Positions 8,456 to 16,798 of a stretch of 32,816 nucleotides of DNA are shown here, in pieces. How positions within the stretch are numbered: position 1 is the stretch's first letter; each line of letters begins with the position of its first letter. The stretch is from a bacterium (GTDB lineage: Bacteria > Electryoneota > Electryoneia > Electryoneales > Electryoneaceae), in contig JAZDLX010000047.1 of NCBI GenBank assembly GCA_043801585.1, positions 1 to 32,816 on the forward strand. Direction: 5' to 3'. The notes under the pieces are model-generated. The model ran no database searches, was not told the DNA's origin, and worked only from the letters and a program-made list of their open reading frames with translations. Position numbers and translations under genes: made by a program.

Positions 8456-9637
8456 ATGAAATACGTTTTACTAATCGTGATAGCCGGCGCGATCCTGCTC
8501 GCCATGCAACCTTCCAGTGCTACGGCGCAGCCCAAGTTTTCCGGGTATTTCGAGCATACACTCCAGGTCGATTACGCAAAACGTGCCAACACTGAGACAA
8601 TTCTCGACGTTTCCAAGCTGCGCCTGGACATCGGAGCGGGCGGCGGCGAAGGCATGTTCGAATTCCGCGGAAACCTCAACTATATCCAGTACCACACCCG
8701 GGTCAGCTATGACATCACCCCCTACCTGCCCGAGGATCTGGTCAACACCTTCAGGCTTGCCGGATTGCCGACCACTTTTCCTCTCGACGAGAGCAGGTTC
8801 TACCTGGATAACGCGTTCTTTGCAATCAACAAGGACCACCTGCGTTTTCGGGCAGGCAAGCAGCAACTCAGTTGGGGGACGGGCTACAGTTTCAATCCCA
8901 CGGATCTGTTCCACAAAAAAACGCTCGTCGATCCCACCTACGAGAAAGAAGGTGTCACCGCCCTGCGTCTGGATCTCCGCTGGGGTGTCGGCGGACAACT
9001 CACAGCCATCATGGCGCCCGCCCAGACGTTCGATCAAAGCGGGTATGCCATCCGTCTCGGGACACATGCGGACGCTATCAGTTACGACGTTGCGATCACG
9101 GCGCACCGTATGGTGGACTCGACGAAGGTCGATCCTCTCGCGTTTAGCCCCCTGGTGCAAAGGCGTGAAGCGCTCGGACTCGAATTTTCGGGACCGTTGC
9201 TCGGGCTTGGTTTCTGGTTCGAGGGAAACTACAATTGGATGGAGAAAGAAGACGATTTTTTAAGGGCGGTATCCGGACTCGACTACACCCTCGAAAACGG
9301 ACTGTACGTAATGGCCGAGGGAATGATCAACATGCGCGGGCAATGGGAACCTCCCTATACCGTGCAGGATTGGCTCAGTTACCTGGTTTACGGCGAACCG
9401 GTTGGCCGCGGGTGGGTGCTGGCCGGGATTTCCAAGGATCTGACTTCCCTCACATCGGGCGCCTTGTACGTCTTCTCGGGATATGACGGCGGGGTGATGA
9501 TCAATCCCAGATTCTCATGGTCCGTTGCCCAGAACGCCGATGCGGAATTCTTCGGTGCGGTTACGACAGGCCCGGATGACGGCGCATTTCCGCCGGGTCT
9601 CTATTCCGGCTTCGCCCGGGTTACTGTGTACTTTTGA
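8456..9637 (+). CDS. secreted outer-membrane beta-barrel protein (DUF1302-like, the type usually encoded with MMPL plus LolA-like genes)
   Basis: Signal peptide MKYVLLIVIAGAILLAMQPSSATA; RAGKQQLSWGTGYSFNPTD motif; amphipathic strands; C-terminal ARVTVYF resembling a BAM beta-signal. Confidence 0.75.
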   Translation: MKYVLLIVIAGAILLAMQPSSATAQPKFSGYFEHTLQVDYAKRANTETILDVSKLRLDIGAGGGEGMFEFRGNLNYIQYHTRVSYDITPYLPEDLVNTFRLAGLPTTFPLDESRFYLDNAFFAINKDHLRFRAGKQQLSWGTGYSFNPTDLFHKKTLVDPTYEKEGVTALRLDLRWGVGGQLTAIMAPAQTFDQSGYAIRLGTHADAISYDVAITAHRMVDSTKVDPLAFSPLVQRREALGLEFSGPLLGLGFWFEGNYNWMEKEDDFLRAVSGLDYTLENGLYVMAEGMINMRGQWEPPYTVQDWLSYLVYGEPVGRGWVLAGISKDLTSLTSGALYVFSGYDGGVMINPRFSWSVAQNADAEFFGAVTTGPDDGAFPPGLYSGFARVTVYF

Positions 9638-9651
9638 AACGCTGCCGCACT

Positions 9652-9696
9652 AAAAGGAAAGCCGCTCCCGAAGATTCGGGAGCGGCTTGTTTCTTT
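9652..9696. terminator. bidirectional intrinsic terminator between convergent genes
   Basis: Perfect inverted repeat AAGCCGCTCCCGAA-GA-TTCGGGAGCGGCTT, flanked by A-rich and T-rich tracts. Confidence 0.85.
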
Positions 9697-9707
9697 ATCA
9701 CCAGCCT

Positions 9708-11351
9708 CTACCTGGTGGCACTCTGAACGAAGATGTACAGCGTTGCGATCTGCACGATGAAGGAAACTATACTCTGTATTCTATCCCAGTTTCTTCTCTC
9801 TTCGAACTCCGGGATGAAGATCATGTCGCCACCCTTTACCTGCATGCTTTTGGAAGCTTTCAGCCACACACCCCGTTCGAAGGGCACGATTCGGGTGCGG
9901 CTTTTATACGCTATCTTGCTGAAGCCCCCCGCCTGACGTATATAATCGCGATAATTCCACCCAGCGACATAGTCATAATACCCGGGATGATTCACCTGGC
10001 CTGTCACCAGCACCAGTGTTTGTCTGCGTGGCACGGAAATAGTCAGGCTATCGAACAGAACGACGTTGTTCCTCTCCCGCTCCGGCCCTGAGCCTTGAAA
10101 CGCCATAGCGAAATCCGTCGGAAGATAATCGCGGCGTTCACTCCAGAAATAAAGACGAAGAACTTCCGTGTCGATAAAGCGGTATGTTGGAAATTCAAGG
10201 GTATCAAGACTCAGTCCAACCTGTTGCCGAGGGTCTTGCTCTCGCCATTTCTTCCAGATTCGCGCTCCGTCCAACCAGGCATCATTGGTAAACCCACCTG
10301 CCATCGCGATCACATCGGAAAGACGTGACCTGCCGATGACAATGGGATAGATGCCGGGATGGAGAACTTCTCCTTCAACCCAGACCGCCCCTCGTTCGAC
10401 ATCCGTAAAGACATGGGGCACCTGTATCACGTCTCCCGGCAGCAGTTCCGGGCCGCGTTCATGATTGGCGCGAAATTGAATCAGACTCAGAGTGTCGCTG
10501 TGATACATTTGAGTCGATTCAAAGCGTGTGAGGATCACGACATCCTGGTTTTTCCAGAGAACTCCGCCCGCCAGTTCAATGGCATCGAAAAGGTGGTCGC
10601 CCTCGAGCCAGGGAAACGTGCCGGACGCAACAACTGCCCCACCAACGTTGATCGTCGGAACAATTGTGGGCTGTGGGTGGACAATCAAATAGTCGCCTGC
10701 CTTCAGACGAGGGTTCGCATCGAGGTTGCCGGAACGCTGATAGCGCAACAGGTCCACGTTCTCGGATTGACCGTCAAGATGTTGCAGGGTCGCTCGGCGA
10801 GGGCTGGCGTTTTCAAGAAATCCGCCCGCCAGATCGACGAGTACCGAGGAGCGATCCAACGGTGTGGCGATATACTGTCCGGGTACTTTTACTGCACCAC
10901 CGATGGACACTCTCACACGGCGCATTTGGAGCAGGCCGAGGTGAACCCCCGCCCTTCCCTGGGACCATTCTTTCGAGAGATACGCCTGTGCCTGGGAGAT
11001 CGTCATGCCCGCGATAGAAATTGGAGACATGTTGGGAACCACAAGACTCCCATCGGGGCTGATGGTTACCTGGAAAAAACCTCCCGTCTGACGCGGGATG
11101 CTGATCCCGAGGACATCCCCGGGTCCCAGTTCATAGGTATCGGGATCGATCGGAATGTCAACGGCAAACATTCCCTCGGCAGGCGTCTGTCTCGGAATCG
11201 TCTCCGCAGGGGTGCTGATCATGTTCCCCTGAGAAGCCTTCATCAACTGTTCAAGATCCTGAGCTCGGACTGCCTGAGAAACAGCCAGCACTCCGACAAC
11301 AACAGCAACGACAACTGCGCATCGTGTCACGTTCATCGATAGGTCTTTCAT
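9708..11351 (-). CDS. SLBB-domain polysaccharide export protein (Wza/KpsD-like)
   Basis: Signal peptide; YELGPGDVLGI poly_export motif; repeated V.V.G.V..PG.Y...AGG SLBB units; C-terminal amphipathic helix. Confidence 0.85.
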   Translation of the reverse strand: MKDLSMNVTRCAVVVAVVVGVLAVSQAVRAQDLEQLMKASQGNMISTPAETIPRQTPAEGMFAVDIPIDPDTYELGPGDVLGISIPRQTGGFFQVTISPDGSLVVPNMSPISIAGMTISQAQAYLSKEWSQGRAGVHLGLLQMRRVRVSIGGAVKVPGQYIATPLDRSSVLVDLAGGFLENASPRRATLQHLDGQSENVDLLRYQRSGNLDANPRLKAGDYLIVHPQPTIVPTINVGGAVVASGTFPWLEGDHLFDAIELAGGVLWKNQDVVILTRFESTQMYHSDTLSLIQFRANHERGPELLPGDVIQVPHVFTDVERGAVWVEGEVLHPGIYPIVIGRSRLSDVIAMAGGFTNDAWLDGARIWKKWREQDPRQQVGLSLDTLEFPTYRFIDTEVLRLYFWSERRDYLPTDFAMAFQGSGPERERNNVVLFDSLTISVPRRQTLVLVTGQVNHPGYYDYVAGWNYRDYIRQAGGFSKIAYKSRTRIVPFERGVWLKASKSMQVKGGDMIFIPEFEERRNWDRIQSIVSFIVQIATLYIFVQSATR

Positions 11352-11494
11352 GTCGTCAACCTTTTGGGAATGCCTTCATCTGAGAGGCTTTCCGATGGAC
11401 AAGATTTAGACCTTTGAAGATGGCGCTTTTTGTACGATGGATCAAGTGAAAGGTGCGGGATGGAGACGCGAGCGTTGCTATGAAGTGAAGAAAA

Positions 11495-11980
11495 TCAGGA
11501 ACGCAGAAGTTTTACTGCCCAGGCGATACCACCGACAATCAGTGCACCCGAACCGAGAGCGAGGGCACCGAGGATTGAACCGAGGGATTGATCGACCGCG
11601 ACTCCGGCGAGGGAACCAAGCCACTGTCCGATCAGAGGAATGAAATTGATCTTTCCAGACAGGAACTGCGCGGCACCTGCACATCCCACGCCAACTCCGA
11701 TGGCGATCAGAAGGGTATCCATACTCAACCACGATGCGGTGCCGGCATTTCCAACCGCAGCACGGATCGAGGAAATGAGCAAGCCGTGAGGCATCGGCGA
11801 AGCTTTCATCCCACCGATCGCACGAACGAGGACCTCCTCGCGCTTTGCTTCAAGCGCAAACAGGGCATCCTCTTTCATCAGCAGAGTGATTTTGTGCGCG
11901 TCGGACGGCGACAAATCTCCACTCCGCCATGCAGGGATCTGAAAAAGCAGTGAGTCTTTTTCTTCCTGGCTCAACTTCAC
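11495..11980 (-). CDS. putative membrane-anchored anti-sigma factor
   Basis: Directly downstream of the ECF sigma gene. GGAGG lies 5 nt before GTG 11980. N-terminal IPAWRSGDLSPSDAHKI resembles anti-sigma domains (no Zn-binding HxxxCxxC). Two or three C-terminal TM segments. Confidence 0.6.
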   Translation of the reverse strand: MKLSQEEKDSLLFQIPAWRSGDLSPSDAHKITLLMKEDALFALEAKREEVLVRAIGGMKASPMPHGLLISSIRAAVGNAGTASWLSMDTLLIAIGVGVGCAGAAQFLSGKINFIPLIGQWLGSLAGVAVDQSLGSILGALALGSGALIVGGIAWAVKLLRS

Positions 11981-12040
11981 CTTGTCCTCCGGGAACCTGC
12001 GCCCCCAATCCTCAATCGACAACTCATTGATGTCTTTGTA

Positions 12041-12667
12041 CTATTCAGGATAATCCCCCTTTTCGAGAATCTGCCGCAACGCAGCCCGGGCCCGGTGCAG
12101 ATAGACTTTCACCGTGTTGATCGGACGATCCGACACCTGTGCGATCTCCTCAAGCGACAAACCCTGCCAGTAAAACATCACAATCATGGCACGCCATTCC
12201 GGGTGGATCCGTTCCAACCCTTTCATCACTGCGTCACGAGCCGCGACATCGTTCTCGATCCGTTCTCCGCTTGTGCTGTCATCCTCCGGCTCGAAGCCAA
12301 CTTCTTCACCCTGACTCTCAAGGCTGAGGGGATGTGTTTTGCCCCCGGCAGTCAATCCATCGAGACAGACACGGTACGCGATTCGATAGAGCCATGTTGA
12401 AAGCTTGCTGGAGCCCTGAAACGACGGAAGCCCCTTCCAGAACCGGATCACGGTTTCCTGGAACAGGTCCTGGGCAAGCGCGTGATCGAGTGTCATCCGG
12501 TTAATCACCGTCCAGATGACTGGAGCATGGCGTTCTACAAGCCTGCGGAATGCCTGCTCATCTCCTGCTTGCGCCTTACGGATCCAGACCTCCTCGTTCA
12601 GCACACCCTCCCGTGCCTCCGGTGACCGCCTTGCAGTGCGATCTCCAGTACCGTCTCCAGCGCTCAT
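12041..12667 (-). CDS. ECF (sigma-70 group 4, RpoE/SigW-like) RNA polymerase sigma factor
   Basis: Region 2 (AQAGDEQAFRRLVERH..AQDLFQET..LSTWLYRIAYR) and region 4 (SLEEIAQVSDRPINTVKVYLHRARAAL). Start 12667 is inferred from the promoter position. Confidence 0.92.
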   Translation of the reverse strand: MSAGDGTGDRTARRSPEAREGVLNEEVWIRKAQAGDEQAFRRLVERHAPVIWTVINRMTLDHALAQDLFQETVIRFWKGLPSFQGSSKLSTWLYRIAYRVCLDGLTAGGKTHPLSLESQGEEVGFEPEDDSTSGERIENDVAARDAVMKGLERIHPEWRAMIVMFYWQGLSLEEIAQVSDRPINTVKVYLHRARAALRQILEKGDYPE

Positions 12668-12674
12668 TTCCTTT

Positions 12675-12701
12675 GACGATCCTGCAGTTGGATCGGTTAC
12701 A
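12675..12701 (-). promoter_or_regulatory. ECF-type promoter upstream of the sigma gene (autoregulatory)
   Basis: Minus strand TGTAACC-GATCCAACTGCAGGAT-CGTC, matching the ECF AAC / CGT pattern. Confidence 0.65.
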
Positions 12702-12903
12702 TCACGCTGGAGTCCCTTCAACCCGCACGCTGGGCCAGGAACTCAGAAATCCGGCATTTTCATGGAATGCACGTCTTGTGCGGGAAAGGAATGCCGTGGA
12801 TAGTATAGTATTCAGAGGAATGGCATTACCAGCGCTGTCTCGAAGACTTACAGCCGAATATTCTCAAGCTCTCGAGATTGTCTTGCGCAGCACTGTACTG
12901 GCG

Positions 12904-12930
12904 TGTAACCTCCTGTGACAAATGTCCGTC
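12904..12930 (+). promoter_or_regulatory. ECF-type promoter upstream of the DUF6249-like gene
   Basis: TGTAACC-TCCTGTGACAAATGTC-CGTC; same boxes and spacing as the divergent copy. Confidence 0.65.
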
Positions 12931-12984
12931 CAAGGATCGGAAGCGGACAACTGTTCTGCCGGAAGGCCGGCGAGGAGGAACACA

Positions 12985-13410
12985 ATGCCTGAGTTTGTCG
13001 GGACAACGGCGGTTATCGGCGTCATGATCCCCATCGTAGCAATGGTGATTGCTTTGATCATTGTCATTTATGGGTTTAACCGTAACTACAAGATCAAGTT
13101 GCTCGAGCACCAACTACGCATGGCGGCCATTGAAAAGGGGGCGGAGCTTCCTCCTTTGAATGTTGAAAAACCGAAGTCTGTATACCCTTTTACATGGCCC
13201 TTTGTTTTCATCGGATTCGGTCTTGCATTGGTGTTGATCTATGTTTTTGACCGTCACGCTGATTCAGAATCCCTTGGATTTGGCCTGGTTATTCTGTTCA
13301 TCGGTCTTGGGCTTTTTGCCAGCCGATTTTACGGGGTGAAGAAAGCGCAGGTCGCGAACAAAGAGAAGGAACTCACCCCGGGATCTGTTGATCCCAAAAC
13401 CACCAAGTGA
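12985..13410 (+). CDS. DUF6249-like small membrane protein
   Basis: GAGGAGG RBS before ATG 12985; TM segment, LRMAAIEKG motif, then two more TM segments with G.GL motifs. Confidence 0.72.
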   Translation: MPEFVGTTAVIGVMIPIVAMVIALIIVIYGFNRNYKIKLLEHQLRMAAIEKGAELPPLNVEKPKSVYPFTWPFVFIGFGLALVLIYVFDRHADSESLGFGLVILFIGLGLFASRFYGVKKAQVANKEKELTPGSVDPKTTK

Positions 13411-13428
13411 ATCCAAACCCTTGAAAGC

Positions 13429-13464
13429 AAATGCCCGTGCATCATCAGCCCGGGCATTTTTCTT
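13429..13464 (+). terminator. intrinsic terminator
   Basis: AAATGCCCG...CGGGCATTT followed by TTCTT. Confidence 0.7.
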
Positions 13465-13588
13465 ACTGACAGCATCCAGACAGTTTAGAAGGCCGTTTCT
13501 GTCAATCAGTCTGGGAGCTCACCGCAACTCGTTCCATCGGTTCGTCGGTCCCTCTGCTGGTGGACGGAGAAATAATGGGATAAAACAA

Positions 13589-13636
13589 GTGTCGGGTCTC
13601 CATGCCGTCAAGACAGCATTCACGACCCGACACAAC
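13589..13636 (+). repeat. REP-like nested palindrome, same outer family as 31076-31126
   Basis: GTGTCGGGTC-TCC-ATGCCGTC-AA-GACAGCAT-TCAC-GACCCGACAC-AAC. Confidence 0.65.
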
Positions 13637-13687
13637 GAATTGATTCCCTTTTGGGATTGGCCCTTTATTCAAAGATAAATCAATTAT

Positions 13688-15217
13688 TTAAGCGTTCGCT
13701 TCGCGTTCTAGGCGACGTTTTTCCGCCTCCAGCCAGAAGTGATAGATCAGCATGGCAAGGGTCATTGCCATTCCAACCGCACCAAAGAAAATCCAGGTGA
13801 TCCAGGGGTTGTACTGATCCCAAAGGACCTTGGTCGCCTGGAAAGGATCGTTGATGCCGACAACGTTGTTGACGATGGTCGGTATCACTTCCGTCCGCTG
13901 AAGTCCATGTACAAACGTCTGATCAAGTCCGAGTTCCTCGATCAGATAACGGCGCCCCAGCATGTACTTGTCGCTGTAGGCCCCGTAGGTAATTCCGGAC
14001 ATCAGTCCCGCCAGCGACCAGCCGATGGCAAAGGGAATGTTGCTGTAGCCCATGTACAGCGCCTTTTTCTCGGGCGGAGCCATCAACCCTATATATTCGC
14101 TGAACTTCGGGCTGCACATCATTTCGCCAATTGCGAACAGGAAGATGCCGAAAACCACGATTCCGCCCACCGAATTGATTCCGGTGAAAACGAGGGCCAG
14201 GGTGCTGATCAGCATGCCCACCACCATCATCACAACGGGCTTGAATTTGCCCGTGATATACCCGATCAGAGGCATCAGAAGGACAATCGTTCCCGCGTCC
14301 ACGTTGACCATGTACTCCGGAGGGACGTTTCCGAATTCATCCGCATTGATGAAGGAGAGGTGCAGGGTATGCTGAAAGAAATGGAGCAGCCCGCGACTGT
14401 CCACCCACTCCTGGATGAAGATCGGGAAGGTGTCGAAGAGCTGCATGAACATCAGCCAGAAACCACTGAAGATCAGCAGAAAAACCATGAACTTGGTGTC
14501 TTTAATCAGCGTCATCATACTATCCGCGAAGGTGGCAAAAGGTCCTTTCTCTTCCAGTTGCCCAGCCTCTCGCTTCGCTTTGCGGGTTTCGTCGCTGAAA
14601 TCCTTGAGCAGGAAAATGGTCGGCAGGAAATTGACTGCCGTAAACAGGGCGGAAGCGAAGAAAACATACTGCCAATCGATGACACGCAGCTGGCCGGCGA
14701 CGAAGGGTCCGATGAATCCGCCGATGTTTACGAGTTGATAGAAAAATCCCCAACCGAGGCTGCTGTTGCTTTCATCAACGGTATGGGCGAGCGTACCGTG
14801 AAGCGGTGGTTTGAAGATGGCGGTGCCGGTCGCCACCATAATGACTCCCCCAAGGAACGATCCGAATCCGTTCGCCAACCCCATCACGATGTAACCGGCA
14901 ATGTTGATTGTGAAGGCGAGATAGAGCGATTTTTTATATCCGTAACGATCGCTGAAACCGCCGGTGAACATCGGCAACAGGGTTTGAATCAGCGCCCAGA
15001 TAAAGAAGATGAAGCCTCGTGTCGTGTGTTCGAGTTCAAGTCCGCCACGAGCCGCCGCATCCACGATGTACAGACCGACAACCGCCCGCACACCGTAAAA
15101 AGCCAGTCGTTCAAACATCTCCATCATGTTTGCGACCCAGAAATAGCGGGAGAAGGACTTCAATTGTTCTTTGAATGTCAACTTTCTGCCCGTGGCGGTT
15201 TCGTTTCCTTGTGCCAT
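13688..15217 (-). CDS. MFS transporter, POT/PTR-like (proton-coupled peptide transporter-like)
   Basis: EMFERLAFYG (ExxERxxxYG POT signature); GGFSDRYGYKK; FYQLVNIGGFIGP; IGEMMCSP; multiple TM segments. Start set at MAQGNE. Confidence 0.85.
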   Translation of the reverse strand: MAQGNETATGRKLTFKEQLKSFSRYFWVANMMEMFERLAFYGVRAVVGLYIVDAAARGGLELEHTTRGFIFFIWALIQTLLPMFTGGFSDRYGYKKSLYLAFTINIAGYIVMGLANGFGSFLGGVIMVATGTAIFKPPLHGTLAHTVDESNSSLGWGFFYQLVNIGGFIGPFVAGQLRVIDWQYVFFASALFTAVNFLPTIFLLKDFSDETRKAKREAGQLEEKGPFATFADSMMTLIKDTKFMVFLLIFSGFWLMFMQLFDTFPIFIQEWVDSRGLLHFFQHTLHLSFINADEFGNVPPEYMVNVDAGTIVLLMPLIGYITGKFKPVVMMVVGMLISTLALVFTGINSVGGIVVFGIFLFAIGEMMCSPKFSEYIGLMAPPEKKALYMGYSNIPFAIGWSLAGLMSGITYGAYSDKYMLGRRYLIEELGLDQTFVHGLQRTEVIPTIVNNVVGINDPFQATKVLWDQYNPWITWIFFGAVGMAMTLAMLIYHFWLEAEKRRLEREANA

Positions 15218-15477
15218 GGCTTCAGCGTTCCTTCCGTTGCGTTGCCCCAGCTCACCGTACAGCCCATGCAGGCACGGTGTCCTTATCGTGAAGGGTTGAT
15301 CGCGAAAGGTAAACACTGCCTGACGCGCTCACCAAAGCTCTTTTTCTTCCCCTACAAAGATTTCGATTTCGGCTTGATCGACCTTAGGTCAGTTAATTCT
15401 TCAGTGAGCCTTTGAGTAGAAAAATCCAAATTCTAAACTTATCTTTTGCTTCACTGCAAATTCTCCACGGGGAATCC

Positions 15478-16377
15478 ATGAATCATGCCTGCAGACTTGT
15501 TCTCTTGACAGCACTCGTTGTTATTTCCATACCTCCTGCATCCGCGCAAATTCTCTCCCATACGATTTTCACGGATCAAAACCTCGACATCAGCGGCATC
15601 GTGACGGTTTTTCACTCTCCGGAACGGACCGTTTTTCTGACGGTTCACGACAGCAAATTTTCCTGGCAGAAGCGAGTCGGCGTTATCACCATCGACAACG
15701 ATACCCTTGTCCACTCCGATGAGCTCGACTGGCCGGCCGGATTCGAGAAATTGACGGACATCGAATGCATCGCCCGCTGTCCCGGCGACACATCCTTTAT
15801 CATGATGACAAGTCGTGGAAGGGGGCTGCACTTCCGCATAAATCAGGATTATACAGGAATCGAAGGAATTTCCGAGTTCGATCTTCCCCTTCCCAAGGAG
15901 ATGGATCCTCAAATCGAGGGTTTTGCGATTTTCAATGCTTTCAACACCGTCTATGCCTTCTGGGGGGATCGCGGAAAAGACCGGCGGCCAGCCACTGTCT
16001 GGTGGGGCACCATAGACATGGATACCTATACGATTACCGTCGAGGACAGTACACTCATCTCCGTCCCCTGGCCGGACAAGGGTGAAGTCCGGCATCTCTC
16101 TGAAATGCGGATCGATTCCGCAGGTGGATTGTGGATCACCTCGGTGCGCGATGGCGGGAATCACGGCCCATTTGACAGCGCCATGTATATGGCTGGATTT
16201 TTCCACCCTTCAGAAGGGCATCAGCTTCGTTTCACGATCGAGCAATCACTGATTCCAATCCTTCGAATCCCGGCACACAAAGTTGAAGCTTTTGATTTTG
16301 TCCCCGGTCATCCGGGCGGAATCGTCTTTGGTACGGATGACGAGAAGTTTGGGTCAATTTTGATAAAAAACTGGTGA
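15478..16377 (+). CDS. secreted hypothetical protein, probably beta-propeller-like
   Basis: Signal peptide ending PPASA; repeated DISG / DIEC / QIEG / KVEA blade-like motifs; C-terminal GTDDE. Confidence 0.65.
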   Translation: MNHACRLVLLTALVVISIPPASAQILSHTIFTDQNLDISGIVTVFHSPERTVFLTVHDSKFSWQKRVGVITIDNDTLVHSDELDWPAGFEKLTDIECIARCPGDTSFIMMTSRGRGLHFRINQDYTGIEGISEFDLPLPKEMDPQIEGFAIFNAFNTVYAFWGDRGKDRRPATVWWGTIDMDTYTITVEDSTLISVPWPDKGEVRHLSEMRIDSAGGLWITSVRDGGNHGPFDSAMYMAGFFHPSEGHQLRFTIEQSLIPILRIPAHKVEAFDFVPGHPGGIVFGTDDEKFGSILIKNW

Positions 16378-16680
16378 GTTTTGTGAACTGTATGGACGAT
16401 GATCAAAACTGTGCGCCAGATCACAGACTCGTGCGACGACTCTACCGTCTCATGGAGAGTGCCCTTAGAGCAAATCGTATGCAAGCTATGATGCTTCAAC
16501 AATTTGAAGTATCGACAGAATTTACGTTAGGCTAATCTAAACTGCTCCGTGAGGCTTATCGTATCCTCATATTTGGCATATACGTTATAGCATGATTTAT
16601 CGGCACTACTGACCCAGATATCCACAGGAGCCAACAGAGATTATGTTGTCTAGCCTGCATCGTAGAACCATTGTGTGACG

Positions 16681-16725
16681 AGCGTATCTGCCTCTCCGGT
16701 GGGGTGGATACGCTTTACTCTTTTT
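16681..16725 (+). terminator. terminator-like hairpin inside the 5' leader of the TonB-dependent receptor gene
   Basis: 14-bp stem AGCGTATCTGCCTC / GGGGTGGATACGCT with three G-U pairs on the plus strand, followed by TTACTCTTTTT. Confidence 0.65.
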
Positions 16726-16798
16726 ATCACATTTTAGAGAGAGCAATTTTTATTGTTTCATGGCCGAAAAAACGGCCACAACGGGAGGTTCACATCCT

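Noticed and set aside
11980..12043. Sigma and anti-sigma are in the same frame separated by a single TAG (possible readthrough or recoding)
   Set aside because: The downstream gene has its own GGAGG plus GTG start at 11980, and other genes here (e.g. accD) end normally at TAG.
13739..15415. 558-aa plus-strand ORF and other long antisense ORFs (4810-5886, 10359-11342, 18416-19351, 21936-22847, 31208-32149)
   Set aside because: Shadows of recognisable genes in a GC-rich genome; no motifs of their own.
16573..16590. Sigma54-like TGGCAT-N5-TTAT upstream of the TonB receptor leader
   Set aside because: The -12 GC element is missing; too weak to call.
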